NCBI GenBank assembly: GCA_964016885.1
Contig: OZ024743.1
Coordinates: forward strand, 159,588,001 to 159,652,000
DNA length: 64,000 nt
Direction: 5' to 3'
Source of the DNA: Eledone cirrhosa
Lineage: Eukaryota
Shown one piece after another: positions 36,217-50,000 of the stretch. Each line of letters begins with the position of its first letter. Positions within the stretch are counted from its first letter, which is position 1. Below the pieces are notes generated by a model. That model did not search any database and had not been told where the DNA came from. It saw only the letters and a list, made by a program, of their open reading frames with translations. The translations under genes and the position numbers were made by a program.

Positions 36217-38712
36217 CTGTTGTAGAGAATTACATGATCGATAAAATTAAAATGTAGGCGGTATGGTTTATTATCTTGACAAGGAAACGTCATTCAAGAA
36301 TTATATAAAACCGTAGGCACAATGATGGTGGGATATTGAAAAGAGAATAGATGTGTTAAATGAGGATGACAGAAGAATCAATAGATTTGGTATCAATGCA
36401 AAGGGACATAACATAATAATGTTCAGATATACATATAGTCGACTAGAAGTGAATTAGTCTTGAACGGTATTCAAGACCTTAACCGTTTCCTACTAAATCA
36501 AAATCCAGACAATATTCTGACAAATTCGCGAGGCCTCAAACACATCGAATTAGTATATAAATGACAATACTGATAGACTAAGAAAAGAAATATAGGAAGT
36601 AAATTTTAGTGAAATCTCAGAAACGAGAAGTTTCGAAAACTTCTTAATCTACCATATAGAGGAAACTGTGGAAGTTGATAAGATTTTGGAACCCCCTTCC
36701 GAATATATCGTCACGAATATGGGTGGCATACTCGCTTAGTAGGGCAGAAATGCCGTTTGAAACCAGATAAAAAAATAGATACGGTGAAGAAATAAAAACG
36801 ATGAGAGTAAAGCGATGGAATGTTCATAGAAGTACTAAGAAGTATTTCTGATGCGAGGAAGTATGATGCATAAAACTGAATCTTCAAAGCAAAGGCAACA
36901 CTATAACTTCAGAGGAAAAGATTTCCCTACTCTAATTCATACATCAATGAAATACTGGTAACCAAATCTACCAAAGAGATGGGCAAAATATACATTTCCA
37001 ACATAAAATATTATTCTCTTCAATTGAGAAAGACTTCACCGGGGTCATTGTATAGCGCCCCTCAAGAATTTCTTTAGATACCAACAAGGCCAAAACATCT
37101 GGGCCACAATAAAGCTGAATGAACAGAGGTAATCAAAAGTGAAAACAAAATAATAGAAATAGCATACGTAAAAAGGCAGAACTAGCTAGCAAAGTCCTCT
37201 ATTTGATAGTATATTGTATAATGTTTGACTACAGTATTTTAAATTCTTCTATCGACAATCTGACTGAACGGTGCAGAAAGGAACTAAATAATATGAGAAA
37301 TAAAACAAAAAATTAGTGGGTTAGAATTAGTGACTCATATTTCAATTGGACATTCTGGGGAACTTATTGGAACTCATTTGCAGATGAATTATACCACGGC
37401 AATATTCAAACAATAAGTAACAGCTTAAATATTTTTCATTCTTACAATAGTTAACAGCACAGATCATATATTTTGTTTAGTCATGTACGAGTTTCAGTAA
37501 ATATTTAAAAGGATACTTATAGAAAAGTGAACCAAAACCAAATATTTTTCACAAATCGTAACAAAATTGAGGACAAGAGAACAGAAAATAAAATAATTAT
37601 ATTACAATTATTAGAAAAATAGCACAAAGAGTTCCTGGAGGTTATTTCTATTCATAATAGAAATCATATAATCAGGTAATTGATACAATATGTTATTTGA
37701 TGCTGTATAGTGGCAATAGTTCCGTACACGAACTTTAATACAGCTAATTGTAGAGATTCTAATTCTCTTACTTGAAAACGTTATACATCTAAATAAATTT
37801 CTTTATCTAAATTTTAAAAAAGGCCTTAGTTGAATTCATTTTTATCACTGATTCATATTCCATTCTGCAAAATTCTCTTAAACGTTGAGCGATACTCTGT
37901 GTAATAAGAATGAGAGGAATCAACCTATTCCCAAATCTTTTGTCTTTTCACTACAACATTTATATAATCTAGATACATAAGGTACATACAAGTTAATATC
38001 AGAGTGTTTCATTTGGATAGGTCAAGACAATAGACAATGATGCAAATAAACAAATAGTCATAACGCATTGCATGTTATTTTCACGTCACCAGTATTACGA
38101 TTCGATCTCGACACGTAAAACCGATGACCAGATGCTATTCCTACACCCAGCATCAGAGTGGTATCAGTTTACAAAGTAACTGAATTTCGAGATAAGATGG
38201 CACCACTTTGTGCATTCTTCGTACTATTTGTTTAATTTTTTCAATTATGTTACTGTATGTTCGGCACGAATTGGTAATGTTTTTTCTCAGTGTGCATTCC
38301 TATTTCAGTCGGTTATACACTAACATAATATTATCGCATAGAAAGTCTATTCAATGTGAAATATTAAATTTTACAAATATAAACATGTCTGAACAATTTC
38401 TGTAGTCAGTAGTTTAGTAGTGCTTGGAAATAGTAATCTTCAATGCACACACACACACACATACATGCACATACATGTATAAATATGTTTATATATATTT
38501 AGATGTGCAGAAGATGAAACGGTGGTCTATAATTGGAATGTATATTGATTCATTCGATAAGTCTTTACTTAAGCTGGTATTCTGAATTTCCTGTTTCTAT
38601 CACGTAGTTCAAGACATGATAAATAAATACTCTCTCTCTCTCTCTCACTCCCTCTCTCTCACACACACACACACAGTCTCTCTCTCTCACTCCCTCACAC
38701 ACACCCACACAC

Positions 38713-38778
<66 letters not shown>

Positions 38779-39649
38779 TTTACGTGTGGGTGTGTGTATA
38801 CTATACATACATTCAGGAAGAATATATAAAGGCAAATATGAATATTTATAAATATATGATAGAGGAAATTCAAAAGTATTAAAATCAAATGTTGGGCATA
38901 TCTGAAATTAAATATCTGACATACTATATGAAAAACATAAACCTAAACACATTTCAACTATCAATATTAAGTAATATTAAGCTGTCTCAGTATTACAATA
39001 TTCTTTTAATTTAAGCAATGTAAGCTGCTACTGACTGCATGTTTTTCTATGATGTCAACAGCTTGAAGAATACATCCTGTTATAAAATATACCCGTCTAC
39101 CTCACTATAGGCTTTCAGCAAATCGAAACATTTAAGTAGAAATAAAATTTTATGTAGAAAAATTTGATGCCATACACTTCTCAAATTATAATACAACCAC
39201 TACTTGTATTTTCACGAAGAAATGAAAAATAAAGAAACAAAATGAATTACTTGTGGGGATAAATTTGAATGTTCGAGAAACATCTCCAGGATATATATAT
39301 ATATATAATCAATAAATGAAACAAAACATATGCAGGAAGCAAAATTACAGTTATATATAATTATTAAGACCAGTTACTTCAACGGTGCCATATTGTTCAA
39401 CCTATGCCGATGAAAATGAGCCGGAAAATGTTTACTCAAAAAGAAAAATACCGAATAATAGTGACAGAGAGAAGAGCCCCCAAAGCAAGTGCAGATAATC
39501 TGAATAGTCAACAGGAGACAACGTGAAGAAATGCTAATTTAGATAATAATGCGAGGAGGCTAAAAAAAAATCGATAGATTAAGAAAGATATAAATCAATA
39601 TTAAAAGCTACTTGGAAACATGAGAACATCACAGGAAGACCTATATACG

Positions 39650-40960
39650 TGTGTTAAGTGGTTTGATAATGTTTTGGAGATTATTGAATACCCCATCTCT
39701 CGTCATTATATAATCTGCCGGCCTTGAGCCTATTAATATATGGTCAAGATTTCTCTCGTATCTTAAATTTGATGGAGAAGTCTATGTTCTTGTTGTTGAG
39801 CTGCTATATCATATTTGCCAAAATTGTTGTTTTTTTTTATTTATGTATCTAAAGGTCATTTCGTGATTAAAGTAGCGATCTTTAAACCAGCTCTCTGACA
39901 TACGTATTTCCTGGATTCTTTTTGTTGCTGTTGATTCAATGGAAAGACCTTAGCTGTGGTGGTGCATTGTTGATCCGGCAAGTATGATTTCTACAAGAAC
40001 ATTCATATATTTGGGATTTGGGGCTCTGTTGTTTATAGAGGAGGTGTGATTTCACGTTTCTGGCGTTGACCGTATGATTGTTAAAGAGCTGGTGGTATTT
40101 GTGTTGTAGGGGAAAGAGTATATCTCTGAAGGCTAAAAACTTCTTTCCAACATTAATTTTGACATTTAATGAGAAGGGAGGAGAGAAACAGATTTTTGTT
40201 TTATTTCTTGTATTCTTTTTTGTTCGTATTAGAGGAGTGACTTGGAGTAATGGAAATATAGTCGGATCAGCAGCTATTCTGTACGGTTGTACACTATTAG
40301 GGAGCTGCCTTATCGAGTGGCTTGACTAGAAGAGAGGGCTGAGATCCGCTTACTAATATTCTTAACTAATTTTTGAAGACTATATGAGTTGGCAGGAGTT
40401 CTTGTGTATGTATTTAAGGTTTTCGTTTGGCTTATGGATAGGTTTATGTGTATGTGTACGTAGGTCTAGGATGAAGTCAAAGAATTTACCAGTTCCTAAA
40501 GCATAGTGATGTCATGAACATTATTATAGTTCGTAAGGGCCAGATCATCATCATGGTATAAACTCGTCTGGAAATCCGGGAATTTCATGCGTAAATTATC
40601 CAGGATAAATGACCCCACCAAATCTCAAATATCCGTGCTGTCACATAGGAACATCAATTTAGTTGGGTTTTTTCACGGATTTCTTCATCAAGGCCTCACC
40701 CTTGTTGAAGAGGAGGGTTTTACAACAGTGAGATATTACCAGTCGGTCCAAGTCATATATATCGCTAAATATACCGGCGAACTCCACGGCCTTATCGAGT
40801 AAGTGACTGGATATCAACGGGTAAAAGTCCACGATATCAAATAAATGAATCTTGTTTTAAGGGGGTTAAACCATTCTAACACCACTTGGTTATTTTTCTA
40901 TTGGGTACGTTTACATTGTTTATTAATATTCCTATTCAACTTTCTAAGTAGGTTCTTACA
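39650..40960 (-). mobile_element. Degenerate Penelope-like element, RT region
   Basis: Minus strand: FDIVDFYPLI (about 40810-40845), DVPM...DLVG (about 40610-40655), YHDDDLA (about 40540-40560), F.DF.LDL and YKP-like thumb motifs typical of Penelope/Poseidon RT. Confidence 0.7.
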
Positions 40961-41839
40961 GAAAGACACATATATAGGTATATAAAGTCACATACAAGTA
41001 AAGAGATAGAGAGGGTTAGAGATACATTAAGTGTGATAGAGAGATTTTCGGAAAATGGAGTCGTCGTGTGAGTCAGATGTCAGACCGGGCGACAGCTTAC
41101 GTAAAAAGGAGAGGTGGTTTGAGTGAGAGGTAGAGCACTGTTTTACTCTATATAGATAGCATGACGGACGAATAGACAGTACCTGTGAACAAGAAAGAGC
41201 AGGCAATTCTCTCCCAACTCGGCCCCATTCCATTCTCGGAAATAAGTCGATAGCGAGCTTCCTGGAGGTCAGATTAGTTGAAGAAAAAAACGAAAAGCCC
41301 TAATTATTATAAATTTTATTCAGCGCTTTTAGCCGTCAACATTCAAACAAACTTCTTTTTTTTATAAATATAAAGATATACCTATAACGTTCATTATGAA
41401 GGTGTGACGCTAGGGCACTGAAATGTTGCATGCATTAATTTCAACACTACTTATTAAAATTGAATCGTTTCTTTCCAGGGACTATGTGGAAAAATAAACA
41501 TCATTTGTTCATTCCATTAGAGTGTCTTGGTCAGCTTATTTCCCTTTTCTTTAAGTCAATCAACCATGACCGACCCCCAACCATCTTATAGACACCTGGA
41601 ATATAGGCATTGTTAGCTTAAGAGAAACTTAAAAATAAAGAGTGGCACACCAATTTGAACTTGTTTATAGAATTCTTTCTCTCTGTGTCACTCTAAATAT
41701 AAATTATAGCCTTAAAGAATTAGCTTTTAATAAATTCCGTTTTCTTTCAACCAATAACCTCCACCCATCCCACTCCCCACCCTCTCCTACCACCTGAAAA
41801 GATATAAATACCACAACATTTATTTCTGGGAAGCCAGAT

Positions 41840-41873
41840 TCCAGATTATTTCTCAAGAATGAAACAGTTCTAG
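41840..41873 (+). ncRNA. Decayed hammerhead motif of the 56913-56947 family
   Basis: cagatta-t-ttc tcaa gaa-t-GAAA-cagt-TC-tag; 3' half identical to the 56913 motif, core mutated. Confidence 0.4.
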
Positions 41874-41888
41874 TCCTGTAGAATCTCA

Positions 41889-42092
<204 letters not shown>

Positions 42093-42236
42093 CACACATA
42101 TAAACATATACGTATGTACGTATGGGTTATATCCAATATTAATAATAATATTCGATTCCTTTGTAAACAAATGGCCCGATTGAAGCTGTGCCGATGACAA
42201 ACTGTCATCCGTTTGTTCCACACTGGCATTGAGGAA

Positions 42237-42277
42237 CAATCAATATGTTTCTGGGTCACTACCCTTCATCAGGATTG
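42237..42277 (-). ncRNA. Minimal type I hammerhead ribozyme motif
   Basis: Minus strand: caatc-CTGATGA-a-gggt agtg accc-a-GAAA-cata-TT-gattg; perfect stems I and II. Confidence 0.8.
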
Positions 42278-42474
42278 TATACCTGTCAACGGTTGAAAAT
42301 AAATAGCATTTTCTTTAGTACACATCGGCTGAGTAGCCTCATTTGCATACCGATCAAATTACGACTGGCCTTCCTGTAAACTAAAGTTAAAAATGGATTT
42401 TTATTTCTTGCCCTAGCACAGCTGATACATAACCGTAAATATGCATACGTACGTACAGACACACACACACACTC

Positions 42475-42533
<59 letters not shown>

Positions 42534-42542
42534 TACACACAA

Positions 42543-42607
<65 letters not shown>

Positions 42608-42724
42608 AATATATACATATATACGTATAGATATTCGATTCGTTTGTAAACAATCAGCCTGATTAGGACGGTGCCGTGCCAATGACAAAACGTCATCCTT
42701 TTGTTGAACACTGGCATCGAGGAA

Positions 42725-42765
42725 CATTCAACATGTTTCCGGGTCATTAACTTTCATCAGGACTG
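42725..42765 (-). ncRNA. Minimal type I hammerhead motif (stem II decayed)
   Basis: Minus strand: cagtc-CTGATGA-a-agtt aatg accc-g-GAAA-catg-TT-gaatg. Confidence 0.65.
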
Positions 42766-42867
42766 TATACCTCTACTGTAATTCGCTCGGTATGTAAATG
42801 AGGCTACTCAGTCGATGTGTACTTAAGAAAATACTATATAACCATTCATTAGATTGGTAGAAGTATA

Positions 42868-42908
42868 CAGTACTGATGAAGGGTAGTAACCCCAAAACAT
42901 GTTGATTG
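42868..42908 (+). ncRNA. Hammerhead motif, inverted copy with GAAA changed to AAAA
   Basis: cagta-CTGATGA-a-gggt agta accc-c-AAAA-catg-TT-gattg. Confidence 0.6.
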
Positions 42909-43103
42909 TTCCTCAATGCCAGTGTTGAACAAACGTTGTAGTGTTGTAGTTTGCTTGAATCATTGTTGAATACGAAATATAAATTTACATCATTTGGGAT
43001 TAATAAATTTGATAAGGTAAAATTATATTGTTATATTGGCACCTTTAATTTTCTAATGCATTGAATGGTTTTAAAAATTATTAAAATTTATATGTATATA
43101 TTT

Positions 43104-43324
43104 AGGGGAGGCGCGGGGCTAAGTGCTTAGAGAATTCGATTCGCAACCATGAGGTTGTGAGTTCAATTCCCAGACCAGGCGATGCGTTATGTCCTTGGGA
43201 AAAACACTTTATTTCACGTTGTTCCTCTACCTGGAGTTGCGACAGATAGAGAGCACTAGAAATTAGAGAAATCAATGGAAACATTGCTTCCTCGGTCCAG
43301 TTTGACGAACGTTGATCTACTGTC

Positions 43325-43328
<4 letters not shown>
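43104..43328 (+). mobile_element. tRNA-derived SINE (family B, resembling octopus OR-type SINEs)
   Basis: A box-like ggctaagtgc, B box gagttcaattcc, then gcgttatgtccttgggaaaaacactttatttcac; ends in (TA)n. Confidence 0.75.
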
Positions 43329-43415
<87 letters not shown>

Positions 43416-43679
43416 TCAAAGAAGCTAATTGTGGAGAAAAGCACTGGATTTTAAAGAATGATTGCGCAAGTAGAGTGATAAAAGAACAAATTCATCTGCG
43501 CCTATAACCTTATAAAACTATATCTTAAATGAGAAAACCAAATGAGACACGAAGGAAAAAGAAAACAATACAAGTTGCAAAGGACCTGCAATGTAGATAA
43601 TATCATTGGAGAAAATAAAACACTAGAATGCGGCATAGGTAAAATAAAAACAACCAGCCAAACAGATTATTCATAGTAC

Positions 43680-43810
43680 TTCATCAAATATAAACTGAGG
43701 ATATCCTGGATCTCTACTTCACAAATATCACATCACTCATCCACAATGTGAAAGGGGCACCAACGATTTTCTGGGATCATGAACTGGTAGAACTAGTAAC
43801 GTATTGTTCA
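43680..43810 (+). mobile_element. Decayed CR1/Jockey-type APE endonuclease fragment
   Basis: EDILDLYFTN...TIFWDHELV resembles the LDL.FTN...SDH motif. Confidence 0.4.
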
Positions 43811-44608
43811 GAGAAGACTGTAAATATGCAGCCAACAGCAAGTACATCTCTTTCTTTAAATTTACAAAAGAAACCACCTCGGTACACTACGGGATAGGAC
43901 TACTTTTCCATAAAAGTTGCTCACTGACCGCAGACCACATAGGGATAAATTAGGTACAGAACAATAAATATAAAAGTGTTTACACACCTCCAGAGAGACA
44001 CGGACAAATAAATAAACCAGTTAAGTTCTTGAACACCGCCACTTTACACAGGGAAATTAAAACTAATAATTATATAGATATACAGGAGGAAGATGTAATA
44101 TGCAAAAGAACCTTAAGAAAGCCACTGCAGATCCCCTTCCAAAGATCCCTTGCAAGTGGTTAACCAACCGGAAAGCTTAAAAAAAAAAAATGCATAATTC
44201 TTTCTATTCATAAAGTGAGAAACAGAGCAGACACTAAAGACCCCACATGTGTCTCTGGATCGAATCTTCAGAAGTAAACTAATAAATTTACTAGATCTAA
44301 CTGGTCATCTAACTTTCCCCCAGGAAGATGTTGCCTTACACAGCTCTTGGCTGGGTCCTGAAAGAGCTGCTAGACCGTTCGAACCTGGATGAGATATATC
44401 TCAACGTTGCGAAGGCTGGTCATGGAATGAGTATTTCAAACTACATAGCTTTTAAAAGAAAATAGGTGAATGACTTCATGCCTTTTAAATGACAGAAGCC
44501 AGACTGTTACAGCCAACAAAGCTCTTTCTAAGGAAACGTCAATAACAATTGGCGTGACGCAGAAAAACTTCTTAGTACCACTATTTACAACTAACATCTT
44601 ATAATATA

Positions 44609-44798
44609 ATTCTTTCTAGATTTGGCACAAGGCCAGCAATTACCCACTGCATTACTAGTACTTTATTTTATCGACCCCGTAAGGATTAAAGGCAAAGTTG
44701 ACCTCGTCAGGAATTGAACCCAGACTGTAAAGGGCTGTAACTCTGTGCTACAAAGCATGGCGTCCGACCTCCTACCGTTACTGTCAATCCAGCGCACT
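44609..44798 (-). mobile_element. tRNA-derived SINE (family A)
   Basis: Family A body. Confidence 0.85.
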
Positions 44799-45168
44799 TA
44801 TTATATAATAAAATATATTTATAACTGCAATCTCCATAAAACATACTTATAACTGCAATCTTCATAATATTAAACACACAAATAGAATGGACCCAATCGT
44901 ATATTTAAATACAATATCTCTCTCACATTTTAAATTAATATTCTCCCGCTTTAACACATTTATTTATAATTCACACATTTTATAAATACTTCAAGAATAT
45001 ATAATTAAATAATAAAATAAATAAAAATAAATATAAATATTACATTCTCTCTACACCCTCACAAATATGTTCCGGACAATTGTATACCTACATTCCTATA
45101 AATATTCTGTTAATAATTTTAATGTATATTTTCTTAAAATCTTTCCTTAAATTTTCTCCCACCCTAAT

Positions 45169-45355
45169 AATTGTTTCTACTTTTGGCACAAGGCCAGCAA
45201 TTACCCAGTGCATTACTGGTACTTTATTTTATCGACCCCGTAAGGGTGAAAGGCAAAGTCAGCCTCGCGGGATTTGAACTCAGATCGTAAAGGGACGTAA
45301 CTATGCTGGAAAGCATGGCGTTCGACCCTCTACCGATACTGCCAATCCATCGCCC
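45169..45355 (-). mobile_element. tRNA-derived SINE (family A)
   Basis: Near-consensus family A copy. Confidence 0.88.
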
Positions 45356-45356
45356 T

Positions 45357-45465
45357 GCATTTATTTATTTATTTATTGAAATAATAATTGCCTATTACCG
45401 GTTTCAGCATTTTTATGCATTATCAAATGATAATATGTATTGGTGTAGAATGGTGGAGTTGGATA
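45357..45465 (-). repeat. Inverted copy of the Penelope pseudo-LTR end (matches 49930-50032)
   Basis: Reverse complement reads caccattctacaccaatacatattat...gaaaccggtaa...caattatt...aataaataaatgc. Confidence 0.9.
45393..45429 (-). ncRNA. Minimal hammerhead motif, U3-A8 variant
   Basis: Minus strand: cat-TTGATAA-t-gcat aaaa atgc-t-GAAA-ccgg-TA-ata. Confidence 0.7.
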
Positions 45466-45784
45466 TATTAATCTTTCCTTAAATTTTCTTCCACCCTAAT
45501 AATAACCTCTATTTCCTTTTCTTATAAAAAAATAATCCTAATAGTTATTGAAATTTACCTAGCGTCTAAACATGACGATTTTTTTCAGTTTTAACGTTAT
45601 CCTCATTAGCATATTCCACTTGTGATTTGAAGTTTTTCTTCATTATTCAAATAGAACTCACAACCTTAAGTTATTAACTGAATATGTCACTATCTTTAAA
45701 TCAACTTTTGTATTTTATCTGTTGGTGCTCTTGAAATAAATATAATAAAATAAATATGAGTTTATAAAAATAGCTTCCATTTAG

Positions 45785-45834
<50 letters not shown>

Positions 45835-45835
<1 letters not shown>

Positions 45836-46060
45836 TATTATACTTGGGGAAGGTCATATTTGTGTAATATTGCCAGAATTAATAACAGAACACACTCACT
45901 GTTTGGTTGGTTTTCGCTTTTCGCTTCTGTGTCTTTTATATCGGTAATCTAATATAATATAATATACTCGGTCCTCAATGTTGCCATTGACTGACCGACG
46001 GTCAAAAATAATACAGATACAATATAGACACAAACACATATATATAGTCTAAATTCTTCT
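45835..46060. repeat. Dispersed repeat also present at 10820-11010
   Basis: ccagaa.taataacagaacacac.cactgtttgg...cattga.tgacc..cggt.aaaaa...acagata is shared between the two sites. Confidence 0.7.
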
Positions 46061-47748
46061 AGTCGTGTGTAGCATGTGTATTTATCTGAAACTAAAACAA
46101 AAATAGACTCCACTCTCATTAGCAACAATCAAGAGATACTCCAAGAACTACCAAAAATAAACTCTAATTTGTTAATACTCGCCAACAAACTTAACTCTAC
46201 AAGTGAAGAAACAATCCCCAAATACACATCCTATGAAATCGACGACAATATCAATAACTTATGTGAAACAATAAAAACACACCTGAATAACAACACAAAT
46301 CATATTCAAGCGAACGAAAAAACACACGACGCTAATAGACTTACAACTTACCAAATAAAACAATAAATTAATACCACAATGGTACACATCGTTTAAAAAC
46401 AGGAAATTCTCCTTTTGGAAGACGATACAAAACAATAACAAAGCGGAGATCTATGAAAAATAGATTAACTCATCCCCATTAATCATCCCCCGCAAACTAC
46501 AAATTAAATCAATCGCAAACGAACCCTAGACCCAAAGACGCCCCAGGGAAAGAATGGCAATTGATAACATGAAAACCGAAATTGAACTCCTTAAATTGAG
46601 AGCCCAAGCAAATGAAGATAGGATCAAATCAATCGACGATGAGATTAATCAAACAATTATGAAGTAAACCAAAGACACCTCCCTAGAAAATATTTCTAAA
46701 TTATGGTTAGAGGACTGTAATAAAGAAGAATTAAAATCCCTTCAACGTTGGGAAATAAACAAAACCCAGTTCTCCAACTATGAAACACTTTTCCAAAAAG
46801 AACACACGTCCAAGAACCCTTCATTAACACCATAATAACAAGAAAACTCAATCAACACACAAACATCACACAACAAACCCACAACCATTACTTCCAACAT
46901 AGACCCAAAATACACAACTACCGCACATGTCACATAGGGCCTCACAACCACACACCATCTACAAGGAAACCCTAATCTACACTCCCCCACTAACCACATC
47001 CTACTACAACAACACCAGCAGGGGACAATACAACCACACGAGACACCCTAACCTCTACAACCACCATAACTACACACCATATAACAGCAACAGCAGGACT
47101 CAATATAACCACATGAGACAACCCTACTACAACTACCACCAAGTCTACACACACTACAACAACAACAGTGCTCAGCACAACCATACGATAGAACCCAACT
47201 TCAACAACCACCACAACTTCACACCCTATAACCACGTCCATCAAATCTACACACCATACAACAACATCAGCAGGGCTCAAAACAGCCACACGATACAACC
47301 TAACTTCAACAACCACTACAGCTACACACCATCAAATAACAACAGCAAGGGCCAATACAACCATAGGAGACATCCAAACTTCAACAGCAACCACAACTTC
47401 CGTAATCAGCATTTTTATAACCCAGCACACAGACACGGGATAACAAGATAACTCAAAACACACAGGAGACACAAAATGTAATAAAAATTGTTAATTTAAC
47501 CTCTAAAGATTTAACAAAAGACCAAATCAACATACTCTCCAAATATCTAAAATTTACACCTAGTCCCCAACAACCAAACTACTACGAAATAAAGGAAGAT
47601 ATTACAGAATTCTGTAGAAAACTAAGACTCAGCGACTAGAAAACTAAAACCAAACCTAAGCAAAAAAGAATGGAATGGTCTTAACAGTCTAAAAAACGAC
47701 AAAACTCTGTCAATTAAAGAGGCAGAACAAGGGAGTGCAGTAGTCCTT

Positions 47749-48879
47749 ATGGGGACAGATTACTACACGACTCTAGTACTCTCAACTCTAAAAAACCAAA
47801 CATATTATGAAAAGACCCAACACTACACACAACAGAAAATAATGAGTAACCTACAATCCCTAACAACCCTTTACAAAGAAGGCCTTACAGACAAGGGATA
47901 CAGCTACATCACCAATTTCAAAAGCAAAACCAGCCTCTTCTACGGTATCCCAAAGACACACAAAAGCGAAGTAATAAGTAGGGCCTGCAATCAAGCCACA
48001 GACATTTACATCAATATAGCCCCTCCTGATGACCTTAAATTAAGACTCATAATAGCAGGTACCACATGTGAAACCCACCGCCAAAGCAACTTCCTAGAAC
48101 CTTTCCTAAAACACATAAAAAGCTTCATAAGGGACGACCTTGTCATGCTCAACCACCTCCCAACAACACTCAATAATGAACATATCCTACTAGTAACCTT
48201 TGATGTCATCAATTTATATTCCAATATCCCACACAACCTAGGTATAGAGGCAATACAATTCTGGATGGAAAATTTCCCTAGTGAACTTCCACAGCGCATC
48301 CCTAAAGAATTTGTGCTGGAGGGACTCGAATTCATCTTGGAAAACAATTTCTTCGAATTCAATGCGAAATACTACAGACAGAAATCTGGGACTGCCATGG
48401 GCACGAAAGTAGCCCCCTCATACGCCAACCTTGTCATAGAATATTTGGAAACCACTCTCTACCGCAAAGTTCTAGACAAATACGGTAACCACTTCTACCA
48501 ACATATAGAAAAGAACTGGAAGAGATATCTGAATGGACTCAACAGTAATTTACAATTCATAATGTATTACAGCCATGAACAACTCCCTTTCCTCGACATC
48601 TTCATCAAGATAACAAACAACATAATAGAAACAGACATATACTACAAACCCAGAGATTCCAAACAATACCTTCCATTCAACTCGGGCCACCCTCGACATA
48701 CCAAAATGACAATTCCTGATAACCTAGCCAGAAGGACCTGCACAATAGTTTCAGATAAATACACATGCTACACACGACTAGTAAAATACACTTATCAGCA
48801 GAAACTACTCACCATCCATAATGAACAATGGATTCCAACGTGCCCTAAAACTCGACATCCAGGAACTCAGACAGCCTAG
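47749..48879 (+). pseudogene. Penelope RT ORF lacking the catalytic DD
   Basis: WKRYL is joined directly to NGLNSNLQF. Confidence 0.85.
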
Positions 48880-48998
48880 ACCCAGGAAAGAACCGCAACA
48901 GAAAAGCTCTACCATACATCTCCACACACAACCCCCTCAACAATGAGGCATTCGACACCATCCTCCAGAACATTCCTTTACTAAAAAGAGACCCAAGA

Positions 48999-49463
48999 AT
49001 GAACAAAATCCTTCAAACACACAACATCATAAAGAGCAAAAGACAACCTAAATCCATAAAAAACATCCTCACACAAGCCAAAATCCAACAAACGCTCACA
49101 ATCAACCATACAGTAACAAAATGCGAAAGAGCTAACTGTGGCATGTGCATAAATCTAATAGGAGGTTCAACATTCCATTTTAAACAAGGACAACATTTCA
49201 CAGTTAAACACAACTTTACACGTGCATCTGAAAACCTAATCTATGTTTTGACCTGCTCAGGTTGTCAAGAGCACTACATAGGACAGACAAAAAACAGCCT
49301 CCGACAACGTATGACCGTCCATAAATCACAAATCAAAATACAGGAATACAGAAAGATTGCGTTTAGTGAACATATCGCCAATTGTGCACCCAACCAACAT
49401 CCAAACTTTAAAATTCTTCCCCATTTACAAATTCATAGACAACGCTACTTTCATCCATCGTAA
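48999..49463 (+). pseudogene. Penelope GIY-YIG endonuclease ORF fragment
   Basis: LIY...C..C...YIGQT...R...H motif. Confidence 0.88.
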
Positions 49464-49963
49464 CAATAAGGAAACGTATTTCATTAACAAATTCCGACCT
49501 CTACTTAATAACTTTGGACTAAACTAGAACTGAAACGAACAATGAACCATTTAAAAAATACCTATGTCACTCTAAAGAGTCCCCTCCCTACACCCTACCT
49601 AATCCTTTTTTCTTAAATAAATTAAATACCATCTGCCATTTCTTTCCCACACTGAATCACCTCCCCCTACATATTAACTCTCTGAAAAGGGAAATCATAT
49701 CAAACCCCAGTCCACCATTTGCCTCCGTCATGACCCAACTAAGCACTCTTGCTATATTAACACATGTTGATCTGCTTATCTTCAAGAACTATGCCTGTAA
49801 ATAACATTATTTTTTCTTTCACATTGCCTTATTTTTCTCCCCACATTACGCCCCTTTTATTCTTTTTTCTTTTCACTTCATACACCTTGTTTGTAAATAA
49901 CATTATTCTTTTTGCATCATTTCTTTATCATGTCCAAAACCACCATTCTACACCAATACATAT

Positions 49964-50000
49964 TATTTGATAATGCATAAAAATGCTGAAACCGGTAAGA
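49964..50000 (+). ncRNA. Minimal hammerhead motif in the Penelope pLTR, U3-A8 variant
   Basis: tat-TTGATAA-t-gcat aaaa atgc-t-GAAA-ccgg-TA-aga. Confidence 0.7.

Larger units (their letters stand above)
42095..42935 (-). mobile_element. Hammerhead-bearing non-coding repeat: two direct units (period about 488 bp) plus an inverted partial unit
   Basis: 42150-42285 matches 42630-42772; 42780-42935 is the reverse complement of part of unit 1; three hammerheads; typical Penelope pLTR geometry. Confidence 0.8.

Noticed and set aside
36220-37700. Purine-rich stretch that may be a decayed transposon ORF
   Set aside because: No recognisable motif in any frame
41027-41270. Possible CR1/L2 3' fragment
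   Set aside because: Similarity too weak to call by eye
43104-43180. Possible tRNA gene
   Set aside because: Cloverleaf is degenerate and continues into a SINE body
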